From NCBI GenBank assembly GCA_032718475.1, contig JAUCBJ010008776.1:88536-152535 (forward strand): DNA of 64,000 nt. Direction: 5' to 3'. The position numbers and the translations under genes are program-made. Shown here piece after piece: positions 24,988-37,760 of this stretch (positions are counted from its first letter, which is position 1; each line of letters opens with the position of its first letter). Source of the stretch: Nemertoderma westbladi (taxonomy: Eukaryota > Animalia > Xenacoelomorpha). The notes beneath the pieces are model-generated. The model saw only the letters and a list, made by a program, of their open reading frames with translations. It ran no database searches and was not told the DNA's origin.

Positions 24988-26165
24988 CTACTACTACTAT
25001 CGGCATGCTGCATTGCAGCTGCATTATATATATCACATATATATACAGTATATATATTAAGAATGCTGTGCCGGCTTATCAACAAATTTGCACCGCCACA
25101 GCTCCCTATCCCACATGACTTTCGCTAGATTATCCGCATCTTCAAGGCCAGTGTCCTTTAGGAGATGCGTCTAAAGAAAGTCATGGGTTGTCCTGTCCAC
25201 CTTGCTTATTAATTCCATGGGGCCGGCAAAGCAAAAGACTATGCGCTGTCTGGTCCTCACGGCGAAAGCAATGTCCTACAAAGCGGAGGCGGTTCCGTTC
25301 AAGTGGATTCCAGGACGAAGGTCCGAATGGGACGGAGGTCCGAAACACCTATGACGGAGGTCCTAAACAACAGGACAAAGGGGAAATGGGACAAAGGTCC
25401 GAATAGGACGAAGGTCCGAATAGTACGAAAGTCCGAAAAATCAAGACGAAGGTCCGAAACACCACATTCTAAGATAATATTTACGTGGGGGGGGGGGGGG
25501 GGGGGGGGGTGTATTGTGACATACAGAGTTATGTGCTGAAGCGGTTGTAAATTGATTTGTTACTTGACGCAATTACAAATAATTATGGTACGTTAGGTAC
25601 ATTACAAATAATTATGGTACGTTAGGTACATTGCAAATCAAATTATGGCCGGGACTGTCCGTATAGTTATTAAACTCGTCGTTATATTATTTAATGCATT
25701 TAGTTTTTATTGCATATTAAATTGTTTAACCAATTTATGTCTGATAATACAAAAATAATAAATATTATAAACAACAAAAAATAAATAAATAAAGAATACA
25801 ATTTGTCATTTAACAATTATTATTAATACAGGTGAATAAATAAATAAAAATAATAAATACATTTTACATTATTATACTACAAGAATAAACTCTATGCAAA
25901 TACTGTAGGCCTACATATTTTTATTTTTAAGGGTGAGGAGGGGGAGGAGGAGGTCCGAATGGGACAAAGATCCGAAAAAAATAGACCCAGACGGCCACTT
26001 TCGGAACTTCGTCTCATTCGGACCTTCGATCCAATACCGTTCAAGTGTCAAGCTAGGGGAGACTAAAGGATCACCTCCAATGTGGTATAGAGTCTGGTTG
26101 GAGATGTGTTCATTGTACTTGACACAATGAACCCGGCGCAGCATTATTGTGAGTATGCCATCCAG
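24988..26165 (-). mobile_element. RTE-like LINE 3' fragment interrupted by a TIR element
   Basis: 24988-25305 and 26037-26165 are contiguous parts of the 61190-61590 sequence. (TAG)n tail at ~24988-25000. MLRRVHCVKYN peptide. Confidence 0.85.
25305..26038. mobile_element. Non-autonomous TIR element (Mutator-like) with repeated (g)acgaaggtccgaa subterminal motifs
   Basis: Inverted ends gacgaaggtccgaatgggacg / cgtctcattcggaccttcga. The flanking duplication ccgttcaagtg (25295-25305, 26037-26047) contains an 8-9-bp TSD. Confidence 0.75.
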
Positions 26166-26177
26166 AAAATTTATTAT

Positions 26178-26263
26178 ATAGGAAGGGATCTAGGGGTCTT
26201 AACCTCGAATGATAAGTTTATTTTACCGAAAATCGAGGTTAAGACCCCTAGATCCCTTCCTAT
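26178..26263. repeat. Perfect 31-bp inverted repeat with 24-bp spacer (minimal MITE or hairpin)
   Basis: ataggaagggatctaggggtcttaacctcga ... tcgaggttaagacccctagatcccttcctat. Confidence 0.9.
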
Positions 26264-26511
26264 TTAAATAAACTTTGTGCTGATAATGTTAAAGGAGTGC
26301 ATGAAAAAACTGGTTCCAACACAGTGCCGACATTGTGCCAAATGCCAACACTGTGCCAATAGGTTCGGCATAATGTTGTGCCGATCCAAGGCCGACTCAC
26401 TGCCGATACTATGGCGACATTGTGCCAACAATGTGCCGACAGCGACATCGACATAATGTTGTTGCCGACTATGAGTGCGCCGATAATGTGCTGAAATAGT
26501 GCCGAAAACAT

Positions 26512-29500
26512 AGGCACGATGCAATACTGTGGCGGAATAAGGCACGATGCATTACTGTGGCGGAATAAGGAACGATGCACTACTGTGGCGGAATAAGGCA
26601 CGATGCACTACTGTGGCGTAATAAGGCACGATGCACTACTGTGGAGGAATAAGGCACGACGCACTACTTTGGCGGAATAAGGCACGATGCACTACTGTGG
26701 CGGAATTACGCACGATGCACTACTGTGGCGGAATAAGGCACGATGCACTACTGTGGCGGAATAAGGCACGATGCACTACTGTGGCGGAATAAGGCACGAT
26801 GCACTATTGTGGCGGAATAAGGCACGATGCACTACTGTGGCGGAATAAGGCACGATGCACTACTGTGGCGGAATAAGGCACGATGCACTACTGTGGCGGA
26901 ATAAGGCACGATGCACTACTGTGGCGGAATAAGGCACGATGCACTATTGTGGCGGAATAAGGCACGATGCACTACTGTGGCGGAATTACGCACGATGCAC
27001 TACTGTGGCGGAATAAGGCACGATGCACTACTGTGGCGGAATAAGGCACGATGCACTACTGTGGCGGAATAAGGCACGATGCACTACTGTGGCGGAATAA
27101 GGCACGACGCACTACTTTGGCGGAATAAGTCACGATGAACTACTGTGGCGGAATAAGGCACGATGCACTACTGTGGCGGAATAAGGCACGATGCACTATT
27201 GTGGCGGAATAAGGCACGATGCACTACTGTGGCGGAATAAGGCACGATGCACTATTGTGGCGGAATAAGGCACGATGCACTACTGTGGCGGAATAAGGCA
27301 CGATGCACTACTGTGGCGGAATAAGGCACGATGCACTACTGTGGCGGAATAAGGCACGATGCACTACTGTGGCGGAATAAGGCACGATGCACTACTGTGG
27401 CGGAATAAGGCACAATGCACTACTGTGGCGGAATAAGGCACGATGCACTACTGTGGCGGAATAAGGCACGTGCGCTACTGTGGCGGAATAAGGCACGATA
27501 CGCTACTGTGTCGGAATAACGCACAATGCACTACTGTGGCGGAATAAGGCACGATGCACTACTGTGGCGGAATAAGGCACAATGCACTACTGTGGCGGAA
27601 TAAGGCACGTGCGCTACTGTGGCGGAATAAGGCACGATGCGCTACTGTGTCGGAATAACGCACAATGCACTACTGTGGCGGAATAAGGCACGATGCACTA
27701 CTGTGGCGGAATAAGGCACAATGCACTACTGTGGCGGAATAAGGCACGATGCACTACTGTGGCGGAATAAGGCATGATATGATGCACTACTGTGGCGGAA
27801 TAAGGCACGTGCGCTACTGTGTCGGAATAAGGCACGTGCACTACTGTGGCGGAATAAGGCACGTGCGCTACTGTGGCGGAATAAGGCACGATGCACTACT
27901 GTGTCGCAATAAGGCACGATGCACTACTGTGGCGGAATAAGGCACGATGCACTACTGTGGCGGAATAAGGCACGTACGCTACTGTGGCGGAATAAGGCAC
28001 GATGCACTACTGTGGCGGAATAAGGCACGATGCACTACTGTGGCGGAATAAGGCACGATGCACTACTGTGGCGGAATAAGGCACGATGCACTACTGTGGC
28101 GGAATAAGGCACGTGCGCTACTGTGGCGGAATAAGGCACGATGCGCTACTGTGTCGGAATAACGCACGATGCACTACTGTGGCGGAATAAGGCACGTGCA
28201 CTACTGTGGCGGAATAAGGCACGATGCACTACTGTGGCGGAATAAGGCACGATGCACTACTGTGGCGGAATAAGGGACGATGCACTACTGTGGCGGAATA
28301 AGGCACGATGCACTACTGTGGCGGAATAAGGCACGATGCACTACTGTGGCGGAATAAGGCACGATGCACTACTGTAGCGGAATAAGGCACGATGCACTAC
28401 TGTGGCGGAATAAGGCACGATGCACTACTGTGTCGGAATAAGGCACGATGCACTACTGTGTCGCAATAAGGCACGATGCACTACTGTGGCGGAATAAGGC
28501 ACGTGCGCTACTGTGGCGGAATAAGGCACGATGCGCTACTGTGTCGGAATAAGGCACGATGCACTACTGTGGCGGAATAAGGCACGATGCACTACTATGT
28601 CGGAATAAGGCACGATGCACTACTGTGTCGGAATTACGCACGATGCACTACTGTGGCGGAATAAGGCACGATGCATTACTGTGTCGGAATAAGGCACGAT
28701 GCACTACTGTGTCGGAATTACGCACGATGCACTACTGTGGCGGAATAAGGCACGATGCACTACTGTGGCGGAAAAAGGCACGATGCACTACTGTGGCGGA
28801 ATAAGGCACGATGCACTACTGTGTCGGAATTACGCACGATGCACTACTGTGGCGGAATAAGGCACGATGCACTACTGTGGCGGAAAAAGGCACGATGCAC
28901 TACTTTGGCGGAATAAGTCACGATGCACTACTGTGGCGGAATAAGGCACGATGCACTACTGTGGCGGAATAAGGCACGATGCACTATTGTGGCGGAATAA
29001 GGCACGATGCACTACTGTGGCGGAATTACGCACGATGCACTACTGTGGCGGAATAAGGCACGATGCACTACTGTGGCGGAATAAGGCACGATGCACTACT
29101 GTGGCGGAATAAGGCACGTGCACTACTGTGGCGGAATAAGGCACGATGCACTACTGTGGCGGAATAAGGCACGATGCACTACTGCGGCGGAATAAGGCAC
29201 GATGCACTACTGTGGCGGAATAAGGCACGATGCACTACTGTGGCGGAATAAGGCACGATGCACTACTGTGGCGGAATAAGGCACGTGCGCTACTGTGGCG
29301 GAATAAGGCACGATGCACTACTGTGTCGGAATAAGGCACGATGCACTACTGTGTCGGAATTACGCACGATGCACTACTGTGGCGGAATAAGGCACGATGC
29401 ACTACTGTGGCGGAAAAAGGCACGATGCACTACTGTGGCGGAATAAGGCACGATGCGCTACTGTGTCGGAATAACGCACGATGCACTACTGTGGCGGAAT

Positions 29501-30168
29501 AAGGCATGATGCACTACTGCGGCGGAATAAGGCACGATGCACTACTGTGGCGGAATAAGGCACGATGCACTACTGTGGCGGAATAAGGCACGATGCACTA
29601 CTGTGGCGGAATAAGGCACGTGCGCTACTGTGGCGGAATAAGGCACGATGCACTACTGTGGCGGAATAAGGCACGTGCGCTACTGTGGCGGAATAAGGCA
29701 CGATGCACTACTGTGGCGGAATAAGGCATGATGCACTACTGTGGCGGAATAAGGCACGATGCACTACTGTGGCGGAATAAGGCACGATGCACTACTGTGG
29801 CGGAATAAGGCACGATGCACTACTGTGTCGGAATAAGGCACGATGCACTACTGTGTCGGAATAAGGCACGTGCACTACTGTGGCGGAATAAGGCACGATG
29901 CACTACTGTGGCGGAATAAGGCACGTGCGCTACTGTGGCGGAATAAGGCACGATGCACTACTGTGGCGGAATAAGGCACGTACGCTACTGTGGCGGAATA
30001 AGGCACGATGCACTACTGTGGCGGAATAAGGCACGATGCACTACTGTGTCGGAATAAGGCACGATGCACTACTGTGGCGGAATAAGGCACGTACGCTACT
30101 GTGGCGGAATAAGGCACGATGCACTACTGTGGCGGAATAAGGCACGATGCACTACTGTGTCGGAATAA
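26512..30168 (+). repeat. Satellite, 28-bp unit AATAAGGCACGATGCACTACTGTGGCGG, about 130 copies
   Basis: Period 28 measured at 26821/26849. Highly homogeneous, with recurring variants (gtgcgctac 27-mer, gtgtcgg, aattacgc). Confidence 0.97.
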
Positions 30169-30689
30169 GAATGTGCCGACAGAAGTGTCCACTGTTGTAG
30201 GTCTATGTCCCGGCCACATAGGTGAGAAAAACGAAAGGCAGCTGTTGACAATTTTTTTAAGAGATAAAATTATGTATTACTAGTGAGAAAGACATTTGTG
30301 AAATGAATTCAAACGATTATTCATTGTTTATTAATGGCAACAAAAATAAAACTAAGGAGTTTACAATGCATAATGTAGGTGATGAATTTAAGAAAATAAT
30401 TTATCTAAATTAGTGTATCTGAAGTTAGTTGTTTCGAACCTGAAGTTAGGTAAATCCGTAGGGTCTGATAGTCTTTCGACTGAGCACTTTGTGCACAGTA
30501 ATACGTAAATTGTTTCCGTCCGTAAATAGCGGTGCAATCATCATTGTAACTCCTCAATGCCTTCAACCCTGTCTTCCACCTTTACATCTCATTGAAGACA
30601 ATTGGATCCCCGATGATAAAATATATATAATAACTGTATGATGGTTTAATGACATTTTCTGTACAACAGGATGAAGAGAGTAGAGATAC

Positions 30690-30800
30690 TGATCATTTGA
30701 AATGACAAGCGGTGCCCTACAAGGTGACGCAGTTGCACCTTTTCTCTCCTCTATTGCGGTTGACAATGTACTACGAATGGCTCTTGATCAACATAAGATA
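30690..30800 (+). mobile_element. Old RTE-like reverse transcriptase fragment
   Basis: GALQGDAVAPFL...VDNVLRMALDQH matches GVLQGDTLAPFLF...VDYVLRMSLDHH at ~62095-62175. Confidence 0.65.
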
Positions 30801-31616
30801 GGCGGGGTGGAAATACAAGTAGAAGTAAAGGAAAATCTTCCATATGGTGTTGCTATGGAAACGCAGCCGCCCATGTGGGTCTGGGTAGTGTGTTTAGCTG
30901 TGTGGCTGAGATATACCATGACCCGTAATATAATGTAATTTTCTGATGACACGGACCCACCCGTTATATGTATCTTTATCAAAGTGTTTGAACTTTCAAA
31001 CACAACTAGTTCAACTCACCGTCGTTGTTATCATGAAGCCGGAATTTTCGATTTTGACTCTAATTTTTTTTATAAGCGTTTTAAAAAAGTGTCTTTTGCG
31101 AGATCGCACCCTCCGTATCGTGGCCATTCTTGACATTAATCGTAACTTACTGTCGTCATATTCATAATAAAGCTTGCGTTGCAAGGATTCGAAATATCTA
31201 AGAATATCTGAATTTCGTGGAAAAACAGCTGAGATATTTAGCTTTCAAAGATTTCAAGAATTATCGTACGATTTAGGCCATTTATTCTATTTAAAAAATT
31301 CACAAAATTATAGAATGTTTTAATTTTTCTTGCAGGTGGAGTTGGAGTAGGTGGAAACATTCGACATTCGATCAATTCTTATACAGTTTAAAAAAACTTT
31401 AATTAATTCATATTATATTTTTGTTGCAATATGTTTAGTTAGTGTAAAGTTAGTTTTAGTTATGTAGTTAGTATTTAGTTATTAGTAGTTATAGAAAGTA
31501 GATATAAAAATACTTGCTACCAGTGCCGGATTTAGACATTTTGAAAGGTGTATGTCATAGTTTATTTAAAGGGGGGGGGGGGGGGGGGGCAAAACACCCC
31601 CTCCCATCCTAGTATC

Positions 31617-32540
31617 AGTTAACTTTGAAAGTCCTCAGCAAGTCTCTGATCGAATGAGCATAAGCTCAAAGGAGGGTATGCTTGAGCATGTGGACGACTT
31701 CTGTTACCTGGGATCATGGATCCGGAAGTCAGGTGAGGACCTTCGAATACGTAAGGGAATGGCATGGGCAGCCTTGAATAGGCTTTCCAGGATTTGGAAG
31801 TCGCCGAGAATTAATCGGAAACTTAAGGTCCGATTATTTAGAGCAGCAGTAGTTCCAGTACTCCTCTACGGGAGTCCATGCTGGGCTCTAACTGCTGAGG
31901 ACACCAAATCTCTGGATGGCACATTCACAAGAATGCTACGCCGGGTTCATTGTGTCAAGTACAATGCACACATCTCCAACCAGACACTATATAACATTGG
32001 AGGTGTCTCATTGGTTCCCCCAAGCTTGACACTAGAACAAAATCGCCTCCGCTTTTCATGATTTTTCATTTCGTTTTGCAACAAGTTTTCTCGCCCGGAT
32101 AGTAAAACCGCACATCCTACGTAATCGAATACTATAGGAAATTATTTAAACACTCATCACAATGCTATTTTGATGTCGACCAACAATTAGTTTATAGGTT
32201 GGTGTTCGGGAATACCTTGTGCTGTGGTTGGCGTTGGTGTTACCGTATACATTGGGGGTGTTGGTGTTCCTCCGCCTCCGCTTTGCAGGACATTGCTTTC
32301 GCCGTGAGGACCAGCCAGTGCATAATCTTGTACTTTGGCAGCCTCATGGAGTGAATAAGCATGGTGGACAGCCCATGACTTTCTTGAGACGCATCTTAAA
32401 GGACACTGGCCTTGAAGATGCGGATGATCTAGCAAATGTCATGGGTGATAGGGAGTTGTGGCGGTGCAATTTTGTTGACAAGCCGGCACAGCATTCTTAA
32501 AAATGCAGCTGCAATGCAGCATGCCGATCCTAGTAGTAAT
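31617..32540 (+). mobile_element. 5'-truncated RTE-like LINE with an internal 217-bp insertion
   Basis: Near-identical to 61190-61885 (HVDDFCYLGSWI...LLYGSPCWALT...RFAGHCFRRED). 3' end ...gcatgccgatcctagtag. The insertion 32056-32272 is flanked by a 12-bp duplication cgcctccgcttt. Confidence 0.9.
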
Positions 32541-33311
32541 CCTAGTTTCTGTTTGAATATTTATTGGATGCGCGCCGTACAAATTATAAATTCGCACAAT
32601 CTCTCTACTGTAAACCTTATCTATTAATAGACCAGTATTACCAGATTACCTCAAAGCTCTATTGTTTACAACTAATTTATCCCATAAATTTTCAAACCAA
32701 TGCATCAAAAAAAATTAATCAGTAAATCTTTAGTGCTGGCGTAAATCTAGCAAACAACCTTTTTATTTTATTGTTTTTTTTCATGATTATTTTTATTGAT
32801 TTTTACCCATCTTGAGATGGAGTTAGCAACCAATAAGATGGTACACCGTACAAAGTGACTCACCTGTTGGAATTAACAGAAATCAGAGAGTATTGCGTTA
32901 TGAATCCGCCTATACTACAACTATGTCGATGGATTTTGGGTAAAACGAATTAACTAAACTGCATAAAATAAAATTACTTTCTACCTGTTTTTATAGTGCA
33001 GTTCTAACTAACCTCTTGGTGAAACAGGATACAGCCCATTTATTGGCCGATCAGTTGCCATGGTATTTTAGAAGGGAAAGGTGCATCAATTTCATGGGTA
33101 TCATTGGCCACTGATTGGCTGATCGCTATAACCAATTCAAACTATCAAAATAAAATTGTTGATAATATTTGTTGCAGTTGGCAGTGACTTAGAGGAAACA
33201 AGTTAAAACAAATTAATCTTGCACGATTTGAAGAACAAGAAATAAATATATGGCTAATCCAATGAATCGAATGCGCAAAATGACCACAAACACCAATTTT
33301 ATATTGAAAAC

Positions 33312-35857
33312 TATCGAGAGTAAAAATATCGAGAGTAAAAATACCGAGTGTTGAAAAATATCGAGAGTAAAAATATCGAGTGTTGAAAAATATCGAGAGT
33401 AAAAATATCGAGAGTAAAAATATCGAAAGCTGAAAAATATCGTGAGTAAAATAACGAGAGTAAAAATATCGAGTGTTGAAAAATATCGAGAGTAAAAATA
33501 ACGAGAGTTGAAAAATATCGAGAGTAAAAATAAGAGAGTTGAAAAATATCGAGAGTAAAAATAAGAGAGTTGAAAAATATCGATGGTAAAAATATCGAGA
33601 ATAAAAATATCGAGAGTAAAAATATCGAGAGTAAAAATACCGAGTGTTGAAAAATACCGAGAGTAAAAATACCGAGAGTAAAAATAGCGAGACATGAAAA
33701 ATATCGAGAGTTAAAATGTCGCGTGTAAAAATATCGAGTGTTGAAAAATATCGATAATATCGCGAGTTCAAAAAATATCGAGAGTAAAAATATCGAGAGT
33801 AAAAATATCGAGAGAAAAAATATCGAGAGTAAAAATATCGAGAGTAAAAATATCGAAAGCTGAAAAATATCGTGAGTAAAATAACGAGAGTAAAAATATC
33901 GAGTGTTGAAAAATATCGAGAGTAAAAATAACGAGAGTTGAAAAATATCGAGAGTAAAAATAAGAGAGTTGAAAAATATCGAGAGTAAAAATAATAGAGT
34001 TGAAAAATATCGATGGTAAAAATATCGAGAATAAAAATATCGAGAGTAAAAATATCGAGAGTAAAAATACCGAGTGTTGAAAAATACCGAGAGTAAAAAT
34101 ACCGAGAGTAAAAATAGCGAGACATGAAAAATATCGAGAGTTAAAATGTCGCGTGTAAAAATATCGAGTGTTGAAAAATATCGAGAGTAAAAATAACGAG
34201 AGTAGAAAAATATCGAGAGTAAAAATAAGAGAGTTGAAAAATATCGAGAGTAAAAATAAGAGAGTTGAAAAATATCGATGGTAAAAATATCGAGAATAAA
34301 AATATCGAGAGTAAAAATATCGAGAGTAAAAATAACGAGAGTAGAAAAATATCGAGAGTAAAAATAAGAGAGTTGAAAAATATCGAGAGTAAAAATAAGA
34401 GAGTTGAAAAATATCGATGGTAAAAATATCGAGAATAAAAATATCGAGAGTAAAAATATCGAGAGTAAAAATACCGAGTGTTGAAAAATACCGAGAGTAA
34501 AAATACCGAGAGTAAAAATAGCGAGACATGAAAAATATCGAGAGTTAAAATGTCGCGTGTAAAAATATCGAGTGTTGAAAAATATCGAGAGTAAAAATAT
34601 CGAGTGTTGAAAAATATCGAGAGTAAAAATACCGAGAGTAAAAATAGCGAGACATGAAAAATATCGAGAGTTAAAATGTCGCGTGTAAAAATATCGAGTG
34701 TTGAAAAATATCGATAATATCGCGAGTTCAAAAAATATCGAGAGTAAAAATATCGAGAGAAAAAATATCGAGAGTAAAAATATCGAGAGTAAAAATACCG
34801 AGAGTAAAAATAGCGAGACATGAAAAATATCGAGAGTTAAAATGTCGCGTGTAAAAATATCGAGTGTTGAAAAATATCGATAATATCGCGAGTTCAAAAA
34901 ATATCGAGAGTAAAAATATCGAGAGAAAAAATATCGAGAGTAAAAATATCGAGAGTAAAAATATCGAAAGCTGAAAAATATCGAGAGTAAAAATAACGAG
35001 AGTAAAAAAATATCGAGAATAAAAATAACGAGAGTTAAAATACCGAGAGTAAAAATAACGAGACATGAAAAATATCGAGAGTAAAAATATCGAGTGTTGA
35101 AAAATATCGATAATATCGCGAGTTCCAAAAATATCGAGAGTAAAAATATAGAGAGTAGAAAAATATCGAGAGTAAAAATATCGAGAATAAAAATAACGAG
35201 AGTTAAAATACCGAGAGTAATAATAACGAGACATAAAAAATATCGAGAGTAAAAATATCGAGTGTTGAAAAATATCGATAATATCGCAAGTTCCAAAAAA
35301 TATCGAGAGTAAAAATATCGAGAGTAAAAATATCGAGAGTAAAAATACCGAGTGTTGAAAAATACCGAGAGTAAAAATATCGAGAGTAAAAATATCGAGA
35401 GTAAAAAAAATCGAGAGTAAGAATAACGAGAGTTGAAAAATATCGAGAGTAAAAACAACGAGAGTAAAAATATTGAGCGTAAAAATATCGAGAGTAAAAT
35501 AATCGAGAGTAAAAATATCGAGTGTTGAAAAATATCGAGAGTAAAAATATAGAGAATAAAATATCGAGAGTAAAAATATAGAGAATAAAATATCGAGAGT
35601 AAAAATATAGAGATTAAAATATCGAGAGGAAAAATATCGAGCGTAAAAATATCGAGAGTAAAAAAAATCGAGAGTAAAAATATCGAGAGTAAAAATATTG
35701 AGCGTAAAAATATCGAGATTAAAAATCGAGAATAAAAATAACGAGAGTAAAAATATTGAGAGCAAAATATCGAGACTAAAATTATCGAGAGTAAAAATAA
35801 CGAGAGTAAAAATATCGAGAGTAAAAATTTCAAGAGTAAAAAAGTCGAGAGTAACAA
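33312..35857 (+). repeat. Satellite of 15/16-bp units (AAAAATATCGAGAGT / GAAAAATATCGAGTGTT) with higher-order blocks
   Basis: Read directly. Variant blocks such as gagacatgaaaaatatcgagagttaaaatgtcgcgtgt recur at ~33689, 34119, 34523, 34649 and 34815. Confidence 0.95.
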
Positions 35858-37149
35858 TTTTTAATAACGGTTGTATGATATTTTTTTCCAAATGTTCTAG
35901 AACAAAGAAATGTCTTCTAGAACAAAAATATTTATCAAAATTGATAGCTAGCATATCTAAAATATTTATAGAAAAATAGCAACAACTAGTAAATGTGTAT
36001 AAAAAATCTGGTCAATGGGTACCCAAGGTGTATAAATGCCATTTATTTGCACTTATAAAATGCTCACAATATTTTTCACCAATACCGGTGAAGGTTATAG
36101 TGGCATCGTTTTATACCAAAGCAATAAACTAAATTATATTTCACTTACTTATTTTATTTATTTTTATGTCAAATCTGATTTTATGTATTGAATCTGCTAA
36201 TCCGCTTTTTGTTATGCAAAGCTTTCTTAATACAGTAACTATTTTCCGCTTTTTTCTGAGACTCCCTTGCTATATAGACTGGTCCAAGTTATAACCTCTG
36301 GGTACAACTTTGACATAAACCAGCCCACAATCGCTCAATTATTTACCACCACCCACCCATGAATGCACGAGTTCATGGCACAGGCACAGGTGCTCTATGT
36401 ACCTACGTACCGTATAATGGCCATACAGCCCTCTATCTCCATGGTAGTGCTAGTAAGCAACTTTGGAGTGAGGAGGGCCACACATAGGGTGACCCTGCCA
36501 CCATGCTGGGCTACGGATGTGGAACCCTCCCCATGATCCGTTCATTGAGGCAAGTTGGCAATAGATTACCGATACATCCCAATGAAACAAACCCCCACCC
36601 ACCAGCCGAGCACCATGTAAACGACCACCATGCGATCCACATCCAAGCAACCTGCAACAATGTGACTCACCACCGCATGACCCACCACAATGGTCCACCA
36701 CATAAATTCCTCCAATATAGAGACCCTTCACAATGCGATTTTCCAAGATGCGACTGATTACCAAGCAACCTGCCATATGGTGATTTGCCACCCTGCTACC
36801 CACAACCAAGCGACCTGTCACAAAGAGTTTGGCAACCTGCATTCCGCTACCCAATAATGCCCAGCTAACTGGAAGTACCACATGCTGGCAAAAACAGTGC
36901 TGGTATGCTGGTGACTCTTCATCAGCCAGTCTTAGTGGGTGTGGCGAGTTGGTGGAAGGAGCTGCATCAATGAGGACCCTAAATTGGCAATAAACCTGAG
37001 CCTTCGCAAAGTTACCTAGTGATAAAACCACAATTTACAAAGAGGGCTTTGGAGATATGTTCAGCGACTCTGGTGTTTGGATCCCTTGGCATTGTTTTCT
37101 CAGGGGCTATGTGGGGGACACCCAGGGTGTACAGGGGTATATAGCCAAG

Positions 37150-37760
37150 AAGGATGCGGGGTGGGTGCTAAGTATTGGTTGGATATCCATACCATCCTGG
37201 ATGCCGAGACTTTCCAGAACAACCCCGATCTGAGATCATCCATGGGCTCACGCCGCCTAGTCTCCCGACAAGTGTGGGGGGGGGGGGGGCACTTCAGTCA
37301 GTGACACATTACCTTATTTGCAAGTCCGGGGACCTGACTATAAAGCGGCACGTTGAGCTTCGGAAGGTCTTTGTAGACCCAATCATCTCTGTGTTCAAAG
37401 GGGTGGATGTATAGCGGGATGTGTACCAGTTACCTAGACGGAAGTGGTCGCGAGATTGTAGGGTGGAGGGTAGATCTGCTAGCAAGGGGAGTCTGGGCTG
37501 AACAGAAGATGGCGTCATTTTACATTGCGGTGACCTACTTATTGTCAGACCGCATCAGTGGTTATGATGAGGGGGTGAAGGAAATCATCAGATCCTCGCA
37601 GACGGAACTGTAATGAGCCTTATTCACTTGAACTCGCTGCTCGAGGGTGGAGTCCGAGGACAAAGTAATGAATTATTACGGTTTTAAATGCCAACAGGGC
37701 ATTTACATTGATCAACGTTGGCCAAGGTGGATCGGAGGATTTCCTTCACCCTCCTTATCA
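37150..37760 (+). mobile_element. Degenerate restriction-like endonuclease region of a CRE-type non-LTR retrotransposon
   Basis: HYLICKSGDLTIKRHVELRK and RVDLLARGVW...FYIAVT resemble the H..C..GG....RH.E.R and R.D...RG.W....FDV.V motifs of REL-type elements as I recall them. Heavily decayed. Confidence 0.55.

Noticed and set aside
26512-30168. CRISPR-like array of 28-bp repeats
   Set aside because: Units are head-to-tail with no unique spacers, there are no cas genes, and the context is eukaryotic. It is a satellite.
33145-35979. Long ORFs (up to 848 aa) as membrane or repeat proteins
   Set aside because: They are translations of a 15/16-bp satellite, open in several overlapping frames, with no unique domain.
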